The notes below the pieces were generated by a model. That model made no database searches, was not told where the DNA came from, and worked only from the letters and a program-made list of their open reading frames with translations. A stretch of DNA of 64,000 bases from Moniliella sp. 'wahieum' (lineage: Eukaryota): positions 310,001-374,000 of the forward strand of contig RSEE01000011.1 in the NCBI GenBank assembly GCA_003971905.1. Direction: 5' to 3'. A program made the translations under genes and the position numbers. The stretch's first letter is position 1, and every line of letters begins with the position of its first letter. Shown piece by piece: positions 1 to 13,109 of this stretch.

Positions 1-2273
1 TCTCTCTTGAACCTTTTTACTGAGGCAGGTCCGTACGTGTTATGGAAGCGGTCCCTAATGCCTCTTCTCGGCATTGGTGTTTTTTGCCCTAGGACACACA
101 CTACTTCAATAGTGCAAAACACGCATGTAGCGCGTTGGGACCTGACTTGTTGTATTAAGAGCCTCGTAGCATAACAAGTCCGGGCGCTGGGTGCAGCTGG
201 CACCTGTGCTTTTTTCCACGACTGCACAGTGCGTTTGCCAACGTGCGTGTCCAATAAAGAGGAGAGAACAACTGGAGGATCGGTTCTTTTACTGCAGCAT
301 ATCATCATCATGGGGGAAGCACCCTCCTCTCAGTGTGCATATATAAACGTACGACTTTTAACCAAAAGTAGAAACAATAATACTAGGTTGGGCTTGCCTA
401 TACTATGCGCATCACACACCTTCTCACATACTCGCCCTTCATTACAAACTAGTTCCCCATCATGTTTTTGACACCCTCTTTTGGCTCTGTTGCGGAGACG
501 AAAGAGAGTATGTAGTAAACATCTATAGAATCCATCTCTTATGCGGTATATACAGTGAGAGCCCCAAGTTGTGACCACACTGTACTGATGGAAGACGTAT
601 AGGTGCATTCACATGACAATGCATCTTTTCCATCATGTGTCCTATATCTCTTCGTCCCGGAGGTGGACCTTGCCCCCCTTTTGGCAGAGTCTGTCACAGG
701 CCTAGCTAGCGATGCTGGCGATGATGGATGGAGATGGCATTCGAGAGCTAAGGAGAGCTAGAGCTATGGGCCTTATTGATAGGCTCCTGGCCTGGAGGCC
801 AATGGAAACCCGTGGAAGGTCCGGAACTCACTGCCCCGGTGCACTGTGTGCATCGGGCCACGTGTCACTGAAGGCCGATGGGCTCTAGACCACTGGTGGT
901 CAACAGAGTCGGAGCTGCACTAAGGCAAAAGACCTTCGGCTTCACATCCTGTGGCGGGTCATCGGGGATATAAAACACAGACGTAACGGCGGTGAGGGAG
1001 AAGCGGTCCTTATACTTTTACGGTGTTTTTGTGCCCCAAATCGCAGCTGCATGTGATTCCCTTGGAAAAAGGAATCGGACTCACAGAAACAAGGGTAATC
1101 CTCTCGAAGACCGCGGCAGAACAAAAAAGGCGTCCATACGCAACTGTGGCCTCCCCACGCAACTGATCTCCACGCAGCTGCTCTCTCTGAGGGAATAACC
1201 TTCTGATCGCTCGCGGCTCGCTCGCCTAGCTGCTCCCCTAAAAAGTGATACCTGTGTTGCCGCGACAGAGACACTTCATTTTTGCGCATCCGTGTGAAGG
1301 AGAAAAAGACAAGTGTGCGAGACGGAGATTCAGCGTCTGGAGCGGCCCCACATACAGGAAAAAGTGAGAGGGACTCTCGTCGACATGGATACTGCTAAAT
1401 TCGCCGTGTCGAAAAGAGACTGTGATATGCTCCTCTCCACCTACGGACCTTCTCTCCCAATATGGCTATTACTGTATAGCAAGCGGCAACCAGGAACTAT
1501 CCTTCCGCCGCCGTGTCATTCTCATGATTGAGTATCGTTTTTATCTGCCTCCCCTATATCTCCATCATGACCGGTGACCGATGACCGTTGTCACCACGGC
1601 GGAGTTACATATATCAGGGTTGGGCACGTCAACACTGCCTCAACGGCTGAGCGCTGAGCCTCAGCGGGGAGAGTTTTTATATGGTTTCCACTCTCTATTC
1701 CCTCTGTGTATATGTTGATCCATGATCGGATACTTGGTACCCGGTACGACTGTGTGGGAGTCGACAACCCTCTGTACAGTAGTAACAATAACGTGAGACA
1801 CGTATAGCTCTCTCTCCGCTCGATGATGTTATTACGCGCGTGATATGATGAAGTGGTCGCGCATGCGTCAGATTCATCCGTAGTAATTAATAATTGAAGA
1901 CGTTGCTACCGTTGATCTCTATCAATTGTGATGCCAGTGATTAGTGATTTGGCAGTTATCCAAGAGTAGATAAGATTGTGTGCACATCATAGGTGCATGA
2001 AGATGCTTAATGCTTTTAAAGATTTTGCACTATATGGCCAACACACTCATTTTGGCCCTCTCGGTGCTTTTTGATGCTGATTGGTATAGATAGCCTATCC
2101 CAAGGACAATAGATATGGCGAGCACACACTTGGCTGGGTCGCCTTGTAGTACGGTGCAAGACTCGCGACTGATAACAATCATAATTGGACCCCCCAGAAC
2201 AGCTTACTTCGAAAAATCGCCATAAGATCTAAGAGCTGATAATAGCGCTGCCAGAAATAATCTATTGTTATGT

Positions 2274-2996
2274 CGCGTGACGTGTGACGTGTGACGTGTG
2301 ACGCGTGACGAGAGATGGGGAGGGGTGTTGCATGTTAGGGTCTTTGAAGCTTGAAGCTCTTGAAGCTTGAAGCTTGAAGAGAGGCAACCGGCAACCGATC
2401 TCCGCCGAGCAAGCGTTGAAGAACCTAACGCTACCAAAGACGCCCGCACTCAGCCATCGCTCGAGGCCCGTGCTCCATCTGTAAAACAAGCTGCCTTTCA
2501 AGCCGCCGGGGTGTGCATCATCATGCATCATGCATCATGCACCATGGATCGATTGATCATCAATATCTCAATCGTTAATTACTAATCGATAACAATTCAC
2601 CAGTCACTAGTCACTAGTCCTAGTCACGCCACACGTCACATGTCACACGTCATATGTCACAGTGTCACAGGATGGGCCGTGGGGCGTGGCACTGGCGGCC
2701 AGCCTCCCAATTCACGGGTTTAACGTTCCAGTCCGCTGGTAGTATGCCATAGTGGGCTTTAGTGCATTCTTAACCGGGAGAAGGTAGCCATAGTACGCGC
2801 GCTAGTCGGTGCCAAGTATTTAACGTCACGCGTCACGCGTCACACGTCAGGCCTCAGGGACGCGTCAGGCAATCGATAAGCGCTGCGCTAAGCGCTAATA
2901 AGCCAGGGTGGTAAAAGTGTTTCACTTTATCGCCACCGTCGCTGGGGGGTAGTGTCCGGGCGAATGTCTGTAGCCTTTAAATTTGAACGTTGAACG
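2274..2996. repeat. Cluster of 7-bp-period TNA+4-bp-palindrome arrays
   Basis: TGA-CGTG/CGCG x5 (2278-2310), TGA-AGCT (2345-2379), TCA-TGCA x3 (2521-2541), TAA/TCA in phase at 2583, 2590, 2597, 2604, 2611, TCA-CATG (2636-2668), TCA-CGCG/GGCC (2826-2856), TAA-GCGC-TAA (2889), TGA-ACGT-TGA (2984). Confidence 0.9.
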
Positions 2997-3333
2997 CCAT
3001 CGAGAGATCGAGAAAAAAGGTGACGTACGTGAGACGTTCGCGCGTGTCTTATCTGTGCTCTGCCGTGGGTTTACGCACTTTAAAGCAAGCCATATTTTCT
3101 TTCTTGGCTGAATCGTGTCTTCCTTTCGCAGCAGCTCTTCGGCGAGAGATATAAAGGATCAAGTGATCGGCAAACCACTCCTGGCCCTCCTCAGAATCCC
3201 CAACTGGGCGAAGCAGCCCCAAGACGCCGTTAACAGGCGTATTTGGAGACTGTTTGACGCGGTCAACGTTCACCGTTCACCACTGCCACAACTTCCACCT
3301 ATCCTGTGTCTGCTCTCCTCTGCACACGCCAGC

Positions 3334-4935
3334 ATGGGAAATATCCTTACCCGACTCGAAGCGATGGCGATCGCATGAATGACCGCTTTGAGGCTGTTGC
3401 CAATCCTTCGTTCATCAGGTTTTATCGGTCTGTGTATTTCCAGATTGTGCTGGTGGGCATCGTCGCGTTGGCCGATCCTGGCATCTTCAATGCGATAAAC
3501 GCTTGGGCCGGTGGCCTAGCTGCCCCTTGGCTATACAACGCAAGCACAGCTTTGACATACGCGATCATGATCCCAGGTTGCGCTCTTGCTGGGATATTGG
3601 CCAATGCGTTCATCGGGAACAAGTGGACAATCGTTCTAGGTGCAATCTTTTACACGCCATACGCGTCTGCCTTATACGTCAACAACCGCTACGGCCGAGT
3701 GGTATATGCTATTTGGGGCCGCTCTCTGTGGCATTGGCGCATCACTGTTTTGGGCTAGCGAGGGAGCAATTGCTGTGGGATATCCTCTTCCATCAGAGCG
3801 TGGGCGCTGCATATCGGTATGGATGCTACTGAGAAACGGGGGGCCTTTGATTGGTGGTGCCATCTCCTGTGCAGTCAATCTCCGGCACGGCTCAAAGGGA
3901 GCTGGCCATGTTGCGCCAACAACCTATCTCTGTTTGGTGGGCGTCCAGTGCATTGGCGTACCTGCTGCTCTTCTTCTTTCCCCGGTCAAGCGTGTTCGCC
4001 GATCGGATGGCACAGGCGTGCCTCACGTCACGAGGGGCCAAACCACCATTCTCAAAGAAACCAAGGCATTAGGGCGTGCCTTGATCACCCCTCATATTGT
4101 GCACTTATGCCTATATTCATTTGTGGATTGTGGGGAACGGTAGTGCTGTCCAACTTTCTGGCTGCTACTTTCTCGGTCAGGACTAGGAGTCTCGCTTCTC
4201 TCCTGACGGCCATCTTCAACCTATTGGCAGATGTTCTGGCCGGGCTGGCCATGGACTGGAAAGCGCTTGGTGCGAACCCCGTGTACGCGCACGCAACCTT
4301 TGGTTCTTCCTTGGCACTGTCACTACTGGACTTTGGGTCTGGATGACTGTCACCGAGGTCCACTTGTCTCGACATCTCACGACAGTCTGGTGCAAAGAAC
4401 GTCGCTGACTATGGCACCCAACGGGCAAGTTCAACAATGCTTTGCCTCTACATTTTATGGAAGTAAGTTTCTTCTTTCGCGAGAGACTATGGTTTACTGA
4501 CCTTTGTGTTCTTCTTTTGTCAGGTTCATGTACGAAGCACAGCTCACCTTTGTCTACTGGCTAGTGGGGGTATTTCCTCAAGTCCCGGGCTCGATTGAGC
4601 GGGAAATCGGGGTCTGCGTTCATTTGAGAGTATTGGCTCTACCTTCAGTTACGTTGCTGGCGCAACACATTTCTCTTTGCTTCATCAGGAAATCTTGTTT
4701 GCTTTGTGGGGGGTTGCATTGCTGCCCACCACATACGCTGTCTTCAGCATTCCCGAATCTCGGGCCGACGGAAGCGACGACGTTGGAGAAAGCCCTACCC
4801 CCAGTGACCATGCCTCTCAAGATGAAAAAATCAGCTCTATTTGCGATCCCCCATCAACGACTGTTTACGACGAGCAGAAGCAAACTGAACCTTACGATGA
4901 AGAGAAGAATGCCACGTCTCCGTGCTGGTTACTGA
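3334..4935 (+). CDS. MFS transporter, UNC-93-like (DUF895) family
   Basis: ORF pieces 3306-3758, 3640-4143, 3819-4346 and 4504-5030 give hydrophobic TM segments with family-like motifs (YRSVYFQIVLVG, PGIFNAIN, GAALCGIGASLFWASEGAIAVGYP, ERGRCIS, TFSVRTRSLAS). Intron GTAAGT..CAG at ~4462-4523. Several frameshifts; end approximate. Confidence 0.85.
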
Positions 4936-5665
4936 GGTGCCATAAACGGGGTATTCGCTTTACATGGCTATATCTCCATGACCTCACACTGTTGATACCA
5001 CCCGCGTGTGTGCACCTTTCTTATATATGATCCGTTGGCTTTTTCTGTTATTGCATGCCATGGATTACATCGAAAGACTGAGTACTCAACGGAAGAGTAC
5101 TGAGATGTGATACTTTATTAGTGTTGTGTGTTTGTGGACCTGCTGTCAGTTTGGCAGTCGCGTTACCGTCATTTCTCTTCTCCCCCTTTTCTTTTGACCT
5201 CAGAAAGTTACATGTATATACTGCAGCTTGTTCAACCCTCAGGTGGGAACAAGGCACAAGGGTTTTAGTATACGTAAACCACATCATCACCATTGGATCA
5301 TTAATCTACTTTTCTCCACTGACAGCGGGTGCCGCCACCCACAAAGGCACAGAACATGATGTCTGTTGTTGTTGAGAGAGCCGACGGGTATAGAATAGCG
5401 CCACACAGAGGCGACGCGTGGTCAGCTACATGCATGATGGCGCTGACATGTATCCACACTTTCCGAGACTCAACAGTTGACTTGGATGAGGGATAGGAAT
5501 GGCCGTTGTCCCATGTTTCCATGTATAGGCGCTAACTGGTCATGAACGAGCGACATGAGCAACGTGGGGCCTGCAGTCGATATTCCGTTCTTATAGTGCT
5601 GACGTGTTGATGCGCGCTGATGTCAAATTTTAATTCCGTCTTCAAGCTTGCGCAGCGCGCAGCCT

Positions 5666-5706
5666 TGAAGCTTGAAGCTTGAACGTTGTTGAACGTTGAA
5701 CGTTCA
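5666..5706. repeat. TGA-AGCT / TGA-ACGT heptamer array upstream of GH55
   Basis: TGA at 5666, 5673, 5680, then 5690, 5697, and TCA at 5704. Confidence 0.88.
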
Positions 5707-5804
5707 TTTCAACCGCCAGCCTGTCCACGTGTTCAACATCATTGGGCGCAGTTGCCATGTCGCCCCCCTGGTGAGCTGTCCCACTACCATTATCCCTTTC
5801 TGCG

Positions 5805-8415
5805 ATGGCTTCCGAGTTCGAACCCTTTTGGATGGAGTCCATCAAGCACAATGGGCAGTCCCCTTATCACCTTCCTCTTCCTATGTCGTCTTTCGCAACG
5901 TGCGTGACTATGGCGCAGTTGGAGATGGAATTGCTGATGACACCGCAGCTATCAATTCGGCCATCGCATCGCTTGCCCGTCCAACCAATGGGCAGCCAGC
6001 CCCGGGAGAGCGATGCGGGTTCATGGGAGAGAGCAGCACCGTTGCACCTGCTTTGGTATACTTTCCACCTGGTGTCTACAGGGTCAGCTCTCCTGTGATC
6101 AGTTTCTACTACACCCAGCTCGTGGGTTCAGCATCGGACGGCCAACGATCCTGGCCGATCCATCGTTCCAAGGCTTCGCAATCATCGATGAGGATCCATA
6201 TGGGCCTGGCGGGAAGAATTGGTACACTAACCAAAATAACTTGTACGCTATTGGTCTGGCTCTTGAATTAGTGTGAAGTCTTGCATGTAGCTGACCATGT
6301 CGGCAGTTTTCGCGAGGTCCGAAATCTAATCATCTGCATGACAGAGGTTCCCCCGGAGCGGGAGGCGACCGCTATTCACCACCAAGTTTCTCAAGCAACT
6401 GGCCTCTACAATGTCTACATTACCATGCGCCCTGGATCGTGTCACAGGGGTATTTTCATGGAGAATGGAAGTGGAGGACTTCTCCGTCAACTCAAGATTA
6501 CAGGTGGACATACTGGAGCCGTGTTCGGAAATCAGCAGTTCACGGCTCAAGACCTGGTCTTCGAGGACTGCAGTGTGGCAATTGATCACATTTGGAACTG
6601 GGGATGGGTCTTCCACCACATCCAAATCACTCGATGCAACGTTGGGATTATTGCTCGGGGGAAGCCTTCGATGGCGATCGATTCCGAGCGTAAGCATCAA
6701 GCTGCTAGTGCATGTACTCTCCTTGATTGGACAGTCATCGACACGCACACGGCAGTTTTGATTGAAGGAGATTGTACTAGTGTCAGTATGATAATGTGCG
6801 TTACCGCTTATCCGTCATGTTGAACCCGTCTTGCGCCGTTACTAACTTGAGCTGGGGACCCACAGTGACAACTTGACACTATGATTGTGCTGCGGCCGTG
6901 CGGGATGCCAAAAACTTCTTCTTCCTGGGCCTGGTGTTGACACGCACACCAACTTCAACATCCCATCGTGGATCTCCACCCTCCAGATCGCAGGGGCAAC
7001 CCTCCCTGGGTGCGGACGCCACGTGCACTCCCTCTTCTGGACCAAGATGGAACTACTTTCGTCGCGCAAGGCCCCAATGTACGCCCCCCTTTGCCCCTCA
7101 TTCCCTTCCTATGTTTATGTACTGAACAGATTGTTGGTACAGACGAGCATGAACCTCATATTTGTTCTACAATGCGAAAGAGTGGGGCGCCCGAGGAGAT
7201 GGCGAGACGGATGATACTCTCGCTTTGCAACGTGCACTTGATGCTTCTGCCAGAAGGGAAAATCCTGTTTGGTGCGTGCTCCTCAAACTAATGTGGTTCT
7301 GCGATCTGACGGAGGTTGTTTTTCCCCAGTGCCCCATGGAACGTACATGGTCGCATCCACACTTCATATACCATTGGGCACTCGTTTGGTCGGCGAAGTA
7401 TGGCAGTGTTCATGGGATATGGCGCAAAGTTCAGTGACGCGGACGATCCTCAAGTCGTTTTCCGTGCTGGGAACCCGGGGACGAAGGCATTCTCGAAGTT
7501 TCCGATATGATCTTTTCAATTCGTGGACCAGCCCCGGGAGCGATTGTGGTAGAATGGAATGCTCGGCAACCGAGGGGCAACCTGGTGCTGTGGGCATGTG
7601 GGACAGTCATATTCGGATTGGTGGGTTTGCAGGGTCGAATCTGGAGGCAACCACAACCCCAAGCCGTGTTTTCATGTGGAAGAGGCCGGGAGGGCCGGCT
7701 TCCTCGGCCTGCACATTACCAAGCCAGCTAGCATTTACGCTAGCAATGTGTGGGTCTGGGTTGGAGATCATGATCTCGATGGTTCTCACGACCAGATCAA
7801 CGTTTTTTGTTCCCGTGGTGTCTTGGTCGAAGCAGACCCTGGACCAGTCTGGTTATACGGGACGGGGAGCGAACACAGTGTGCTTTACCAGTACAACTTC
7901 AATCACGCGTCCAATGTGCTTATGCTTGTGGGACAAACCGAGACGCCTTACATGCTCGGGGGCGGGTTCCCATTGCCATGCACCATTTCCCAGCCTCTTG
8001 CGCGTTGGGGGATCCCACCCCCCTGTTCCCAGAAGGTCGCGGCTGTGGCGAGTCGCAGGATCCGCATGTGCATCGCAGCTGGGGCGCACTGATCCAGGAT
8101 TGCCACCGGTGCACCATCTATGGGTTGAACCTATACTCCTTTTTCGATGCGTACGATCAGACTGGTTTGACGAAGCCACAAGGCTGTCAGCGTGCGCTGC
8201 TGCGTGTGGAGTCTGAGGAGGAGGTGGATGGCCAAGACGCAGTATACATCTTCCAGTTGGTACAGGTGGGAAGCCAGCTACTGATGGTGAAGAACGGGAA
8301 CGACACTGTGCTTCCACTGGGGGAAAGTCGGCGCAACGGATTCAGCTCCTGTTGGGAAGATTGGTCCAACGCCCGCGTCGGGGGGAGGGGAGTAGAATCC
8401 TTGACCAGTGAATGA
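5805..8415 (+). CDS. GH55 exo-beta-1,3-glucanase (pectate_lyase_3 beta-helix)
   Basis: FWMESIKHNGQSPY, VFRNVRDYGAVGDGIADDTAAIN, VYFPPGVYRVSSP, FYYTQLVG, YTNQNN, HHQVSQATGL, GIFMENGSGG, GNQQFT, second repeat WGARGDGETDDT, NVWVWVGDHDLD, WLYGTGSEHSVLYQY, QTETPY. About 4 introns plus frameshifts. Confidence 0.92.
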
Positions 8416-9352
8416 ATGGAGCATACGCAAGAAATCCCATGCAGGATTGTATATGCGAGCCGCAAAACAGCAGTGTCCAGGGTAAACCAAGAATCTCTCA
8501 GAGATCGGGCCGGTAAGTGAAACCAAACAGGTTCGCTCGGCCGCTTATTATCAAGCCTCGCTCCAGATACGTGCACCGGACGCAGTGCTTTCCCAGTTAC
8601 CGCCAGGGGCTAGGCTGCAGACAAGGAAAACAGATGCGAGAACAAAACGGAACTCCTATGCCTGGATGTTGGCCAAAACGCACGAGCCATTGGCGGTGGC
8701 TCAACGAAAATATATTTAGTCACTCAGTGGGCCTCACGTGGACCATTCGCCGACCTGGCATTACGTACATGCCATACCGCATGTCGAGATATTAATTTCA
8801 TTCGACAACCCATGTCAGGTGCTGATGTCGTGACAGCACAGCTTGCACGCCATCCCTTCCAACTTGCCGTCGTCCACCCGACTCCACTAGCCACTAGTCT
8901 CGGCTGTGCCCGGCTCATCTTGATAACTAGACCCGTGCCATTGAGCGCGCACACACCCTTGAACGTTGGGTGTGGCGCCAACCGGCAGTTCTCTGGGTGT
9001 GCACCTCACCCTGATGGATCTCTCTCATCCGCGGAAATGCTACATGTCCCCACTCATGTCATCAAACAAGCCCCTGCTAGCATGCACGTCGGACATACAA
9101 TATGATACGCCATCTCGTCGCCATCCATTGCTATCTGAAACGTCCTCACCTGGCCCACTATCAACGTTCAACGCACTAACCACCTGCAAGGCTCGCGGCG
9201 TGCTGCGCTGCTGTACTAATCATAGCCTCTCCTTGTTGAATGAGTGGTGTCAGGTATCCTCTCCACACAGCTGTACACATATAAGTTATCGTGCTCTCCT
9301 GTCCACCACCCCGAGAAAATCCCAGCTTTCTCCCATCCTTTTCAAGGCCATC

Positions 9353-11232
9353 ATGAGTGGATTCGATCCTGTCCATCTGCAAGACGGTTCCTACCAGTTC
9401 CCCAACCCCATTCACAAGGTGGCTGTAATTGGCGGTGGCCCTTCCGGGGTAAGTTTCTAAATAGGTCATCCACATATTCGCATTACTGACGTCAGCTCTG
9501 TTTAGCTAGCTGCCGCTCGCCACCTCCGTGAGCATGGCCTTCAGCCTCGTCTGTTTGAGCGCCAAGCTGTGGTAGGTGGCACATGGAATTACAATCCGAT
9601 TCCGACACCTTCGCTACAGGCGATTCGGAATCCCGCCTCGGTGAACGACTACACCTTCACTCCCTCCAGCGGTCAAGAGCTTCCGTTTAAACAGCAGGAT
9701 GAATCGCTGCAGGAGCGGATTCTAGAGTTGTCCCCGCCACCGCCTGTGTACAACAGCCTGAAGAACAATATTTGTCTGCCGTTGATGCAGCTCAAAGACT
9801 TCCCTTGGCCTACCGAGGTTGGGTGGAACGAGCCGCATTATGTACTGGCCAAGTACTTACAAGACTATGCCCATCACTTTGGCTGACCATCCCGACATTC
9901 TGAGCACCTCGACCCGGGTGGAAGAGGTCAAAAAGGAACCCAGTGGATCTTGGAAGTTGACACTCAAGAGTGTTAAAGACGTTGGCGGGAAGGCGGAGAC
10001 AGTGTGGTGGACTGAGGAATTTGATGCGGTTATCCGCCTCCGGCCATTACTCTGCTCCCAACATCCCCACACGCCTGGCTTAAAACAACTATGGTCCAAG
10101 TTCAAGGACTCCCCAGGACAAGAGATCATCCACTCTAAGTCGTATCGTCATTCTGAAGGTTACAAGGACCAGACCGTTCTTCTCGTGGGCTGCGGGACCA
10201 GTGGGATCGACATCAACAATGACATCTCGTACGTTCTTGCCATTCAGTTCCCTTCATCAGTGCTAATTCCGGTACCACAGGGCTGTTGCCAAGCAAGTGT
10301 ACCAATCGGTGCGTGACACCATGCCCGAGAATCCAACCTACCGGTATTTACGACAGAAGCAGAGGGAGGGGATTACCAAGCCCAACTCTCAAGCCGTCGC
10401 CGAAGTCAAGTTGGTCCGGGAACCAACCGAGGGAGAGAAGGGCATTGCTGTATTTGAGCTGGAGGACGTTCAGTCCTGACAGGTGTGGATAGTGATTTAC
10501 TGCACCGGTTATCAGGTGTCCAAGCCCTATTTATCCCAGTTCCACGACGATCATCCTCGGCCGACGATCTGCTCGTCATCCCTGGAGCGGACGAGGTCTG
10601 GCTGGCCGCTTGAAACAAGCGCAAGCGCATCGCACCGCTATCGTGACCGACGGGCGTGGTACCAGAACTTGTGGGAGGATCTTCTTTACGCTTCGATCCC
10701 ACGCTGGCCTTCATTGGTAGCCCTGTGGGCACAGCAACATTTTCTTTCTTTGAGGTTTGTCTTTTTTCCTCGAGCGCTTCGGCTTCTGTGTACTGACTAC
10801 AGATTTACAGTTCCAAGGATTGCTCTCGCCCTTGTTTACTCTGGCAAGGCTCGCATCCCCTCACTGGCCAAGCAGGAGACGCTGTACTTCAACCGTATTC
10901 GATCCAAAGGCCCGGAAAGCTACTTCAAACAATGGGGAAGATGGTGAGATTGAGTATGTGGCTCAGATTACCAACTGGCTGAACTCGGAGGGCAACTCGG
11001 TTGTTGGCCACATCCCAAACTTTCGGGCGTTTACGCAAGTACAGCGTTGAGCGTATTCTCAGCAACATCGCTGGCCACCCACCCCCCCGCAAGTCCGTTA
11101 CAGATCTTTCTGTGCCGGACTCATCTTCGAAGCCGTTGTGGCCTTGGGTGATGATGAGAAAGACCCCCTCCTCTCCCGGCGGCCCTGCCTTCCAGCACCG
11201 TAGCCATCGGTGCTTGAAGTTTAAGGGCGATG
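9353..11232 (+). CDS. Flavin-containing monooxygenase (FMO-like)
   Basis: FAD Rossmann motif VAVIGGGPSG, FERQ..VGGTWNY, FMO-like GQEIIHSKSY, NADPH motif VGCGTSG, VIYCTGY. Introns ~9449-9506, ~10228-10280, ~10754-10802. C-terminal end uncertain. Confidence 0.88.
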
Positions 11233-12256
11233 AGAGAAGTATAGAGTGGTTTGTCAATATCGTTGACGTTCTATACATGCGTTCACACATACGAAGTGAA
11301 GGCATTATATATAGCCACACCGTATTCATTAACCATATGCTCCGCTCTTACATCTTTACGGGATGAATTCACGGGCTCTCCCTCAGACGTCTACAGCACA
11401 TGTTTTTATGAGCGAAGATGGTTCAACGAGATAAAATGACCGACTTCCATATAATCAGTATACAGTTTATGTGGGGATGCTACAATCAGAGCCCCTCCAA
11501 TTTCCTTTCCAAGCGGTATGCACACGTTTGCGCGCTAAACAGTGGAGAAGTTAGCTCGGAGGGCTCGACTGCAAAAAGTCAAAAGGAAAGAGTGGGAGCT
11601 GGAAGACACCTGTCACCGTATTAGATCTCTTTCCAAATGGTCCTTCTGACTCGGGTCTGTCGTGTGGTCTCTCCACCACACATTTTATTACGTGCATTAT
11701 GCACGTGTGTGGCCTGAGATTCAGCATACGCCTATCGACCGTACTTGGACAGGAGCCCGTGGTGACCTCACCGAAGAGCTTTTTCACCACACAATAAGTG
11801 TACTCTCTCTAATAATCATCGATATCATCTCGACTGCTTGCCGTATACACGCCGCGTCCTAATGAGACGCGTTTCGATGCACACACGTGTAATAAATACC
11901 CCGCACCGGGTGCGTTGTCCAAGATGCAAAGAATATACACCACACAGTCGCTGAAAAAGCTTCATCTGAATCCTGCCTGATTAATCCATCATGGCGTGCT
12001 TCCTTCATTTGTGCAGTAATTACTAGTTATCGATCCTGCTATTCCGAGAAAGTGTAGGGAAAAAATATGTATAGCCGCACTAGCATCATCATGCATGAGC
12101 TTCAATATATCAATTCTTGAGCGTTTTGAATACGCTCTCCGTATACCCCAGCCGTCTAACGTCTATCCTCCTGCTGTCACGCGTCAGGTCTCATACCGCC
12201 GCGAATCAAGAGGCGGGTATAACAGCAAACGCAAGAAGCTTTGTATTGTGTGCATG

Positions 12257-12335
12257 TGAGCTTCAAGCTTCAAGATTAGTGGCTAGTGGCTGGGACCTGG
12301 TGTCTGGGGACCGGTGACCGGTGACCGGTGACCAG
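12257..12335. repeat. TCA-AGCT and TGA-CCGG heptamer arrays upstream of TauD
   Basis: gagcttcaagcttcaag; accggtgaccggtgaccggtgacc. Confidence 0.85.
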
Positions 12336-13109
12336 TATATCATATCGCCTCTCCATGAATCTAATCGCCGATTATCGCCGACAAGGCGTGCTGCCTTGAA
12401 GCTTGACATGTGCATGACGGAAGGTAGGAAGGATTGAGCTTGGCGTGGGCAGTATGCCATTTGCATGGCTCTCTCTTAGATCTCACGCAAGGATACTTTC
12501 AATGACATCAGGCAAACCCGCATAATGTGTTTGCCCCACAGTGCCAAAACGCGTCCTGGTCTATAGCCGAGGAGACCATCATGATGCTCCTACTGATGTG
12601 CTGAGGACACGTTCGTTAGATACGAACGACGGTCGGATGCACCCTCTGGTATAAACCCAAGCTATCAGCACTCTATGGCATTACCCGCGGCCTTGGCCCG
12701 CCGATGTTCACACGCCACTGCAACCATCTGCGATGCCCTCTCCGAGAACTGTGTTAATATAGCCCCAACCTTGTGTTGACCCGAGGACGCGATGGCGCAA
12801 CTCAACAACGGCTTGCATCTCTATGCACATGTTGACCTAATAACCGCGGGGTATTCCCTTTCAGGGCGATTGCGAGCCCGCGTCTGCCGTGGATGCCATA
12901 AGCTCATTGGAGCTCCATGCCAGCGGCGAGTAGAAGTCCGACATTCGGATGCAAAGAACGCTGGGGTCTTATTTCCTCGTCTCCCGTATCTCTCCAATCT
13001 CTCTTGCGTAGAAGTATTAGAGAACTGCCAAGTCACATGCCAGTTTTTCCCTCCATCCTCCGTCCACATCCTCAAGAACCCATTACCCATTGCCCATTCC
13101 CCCACCACT

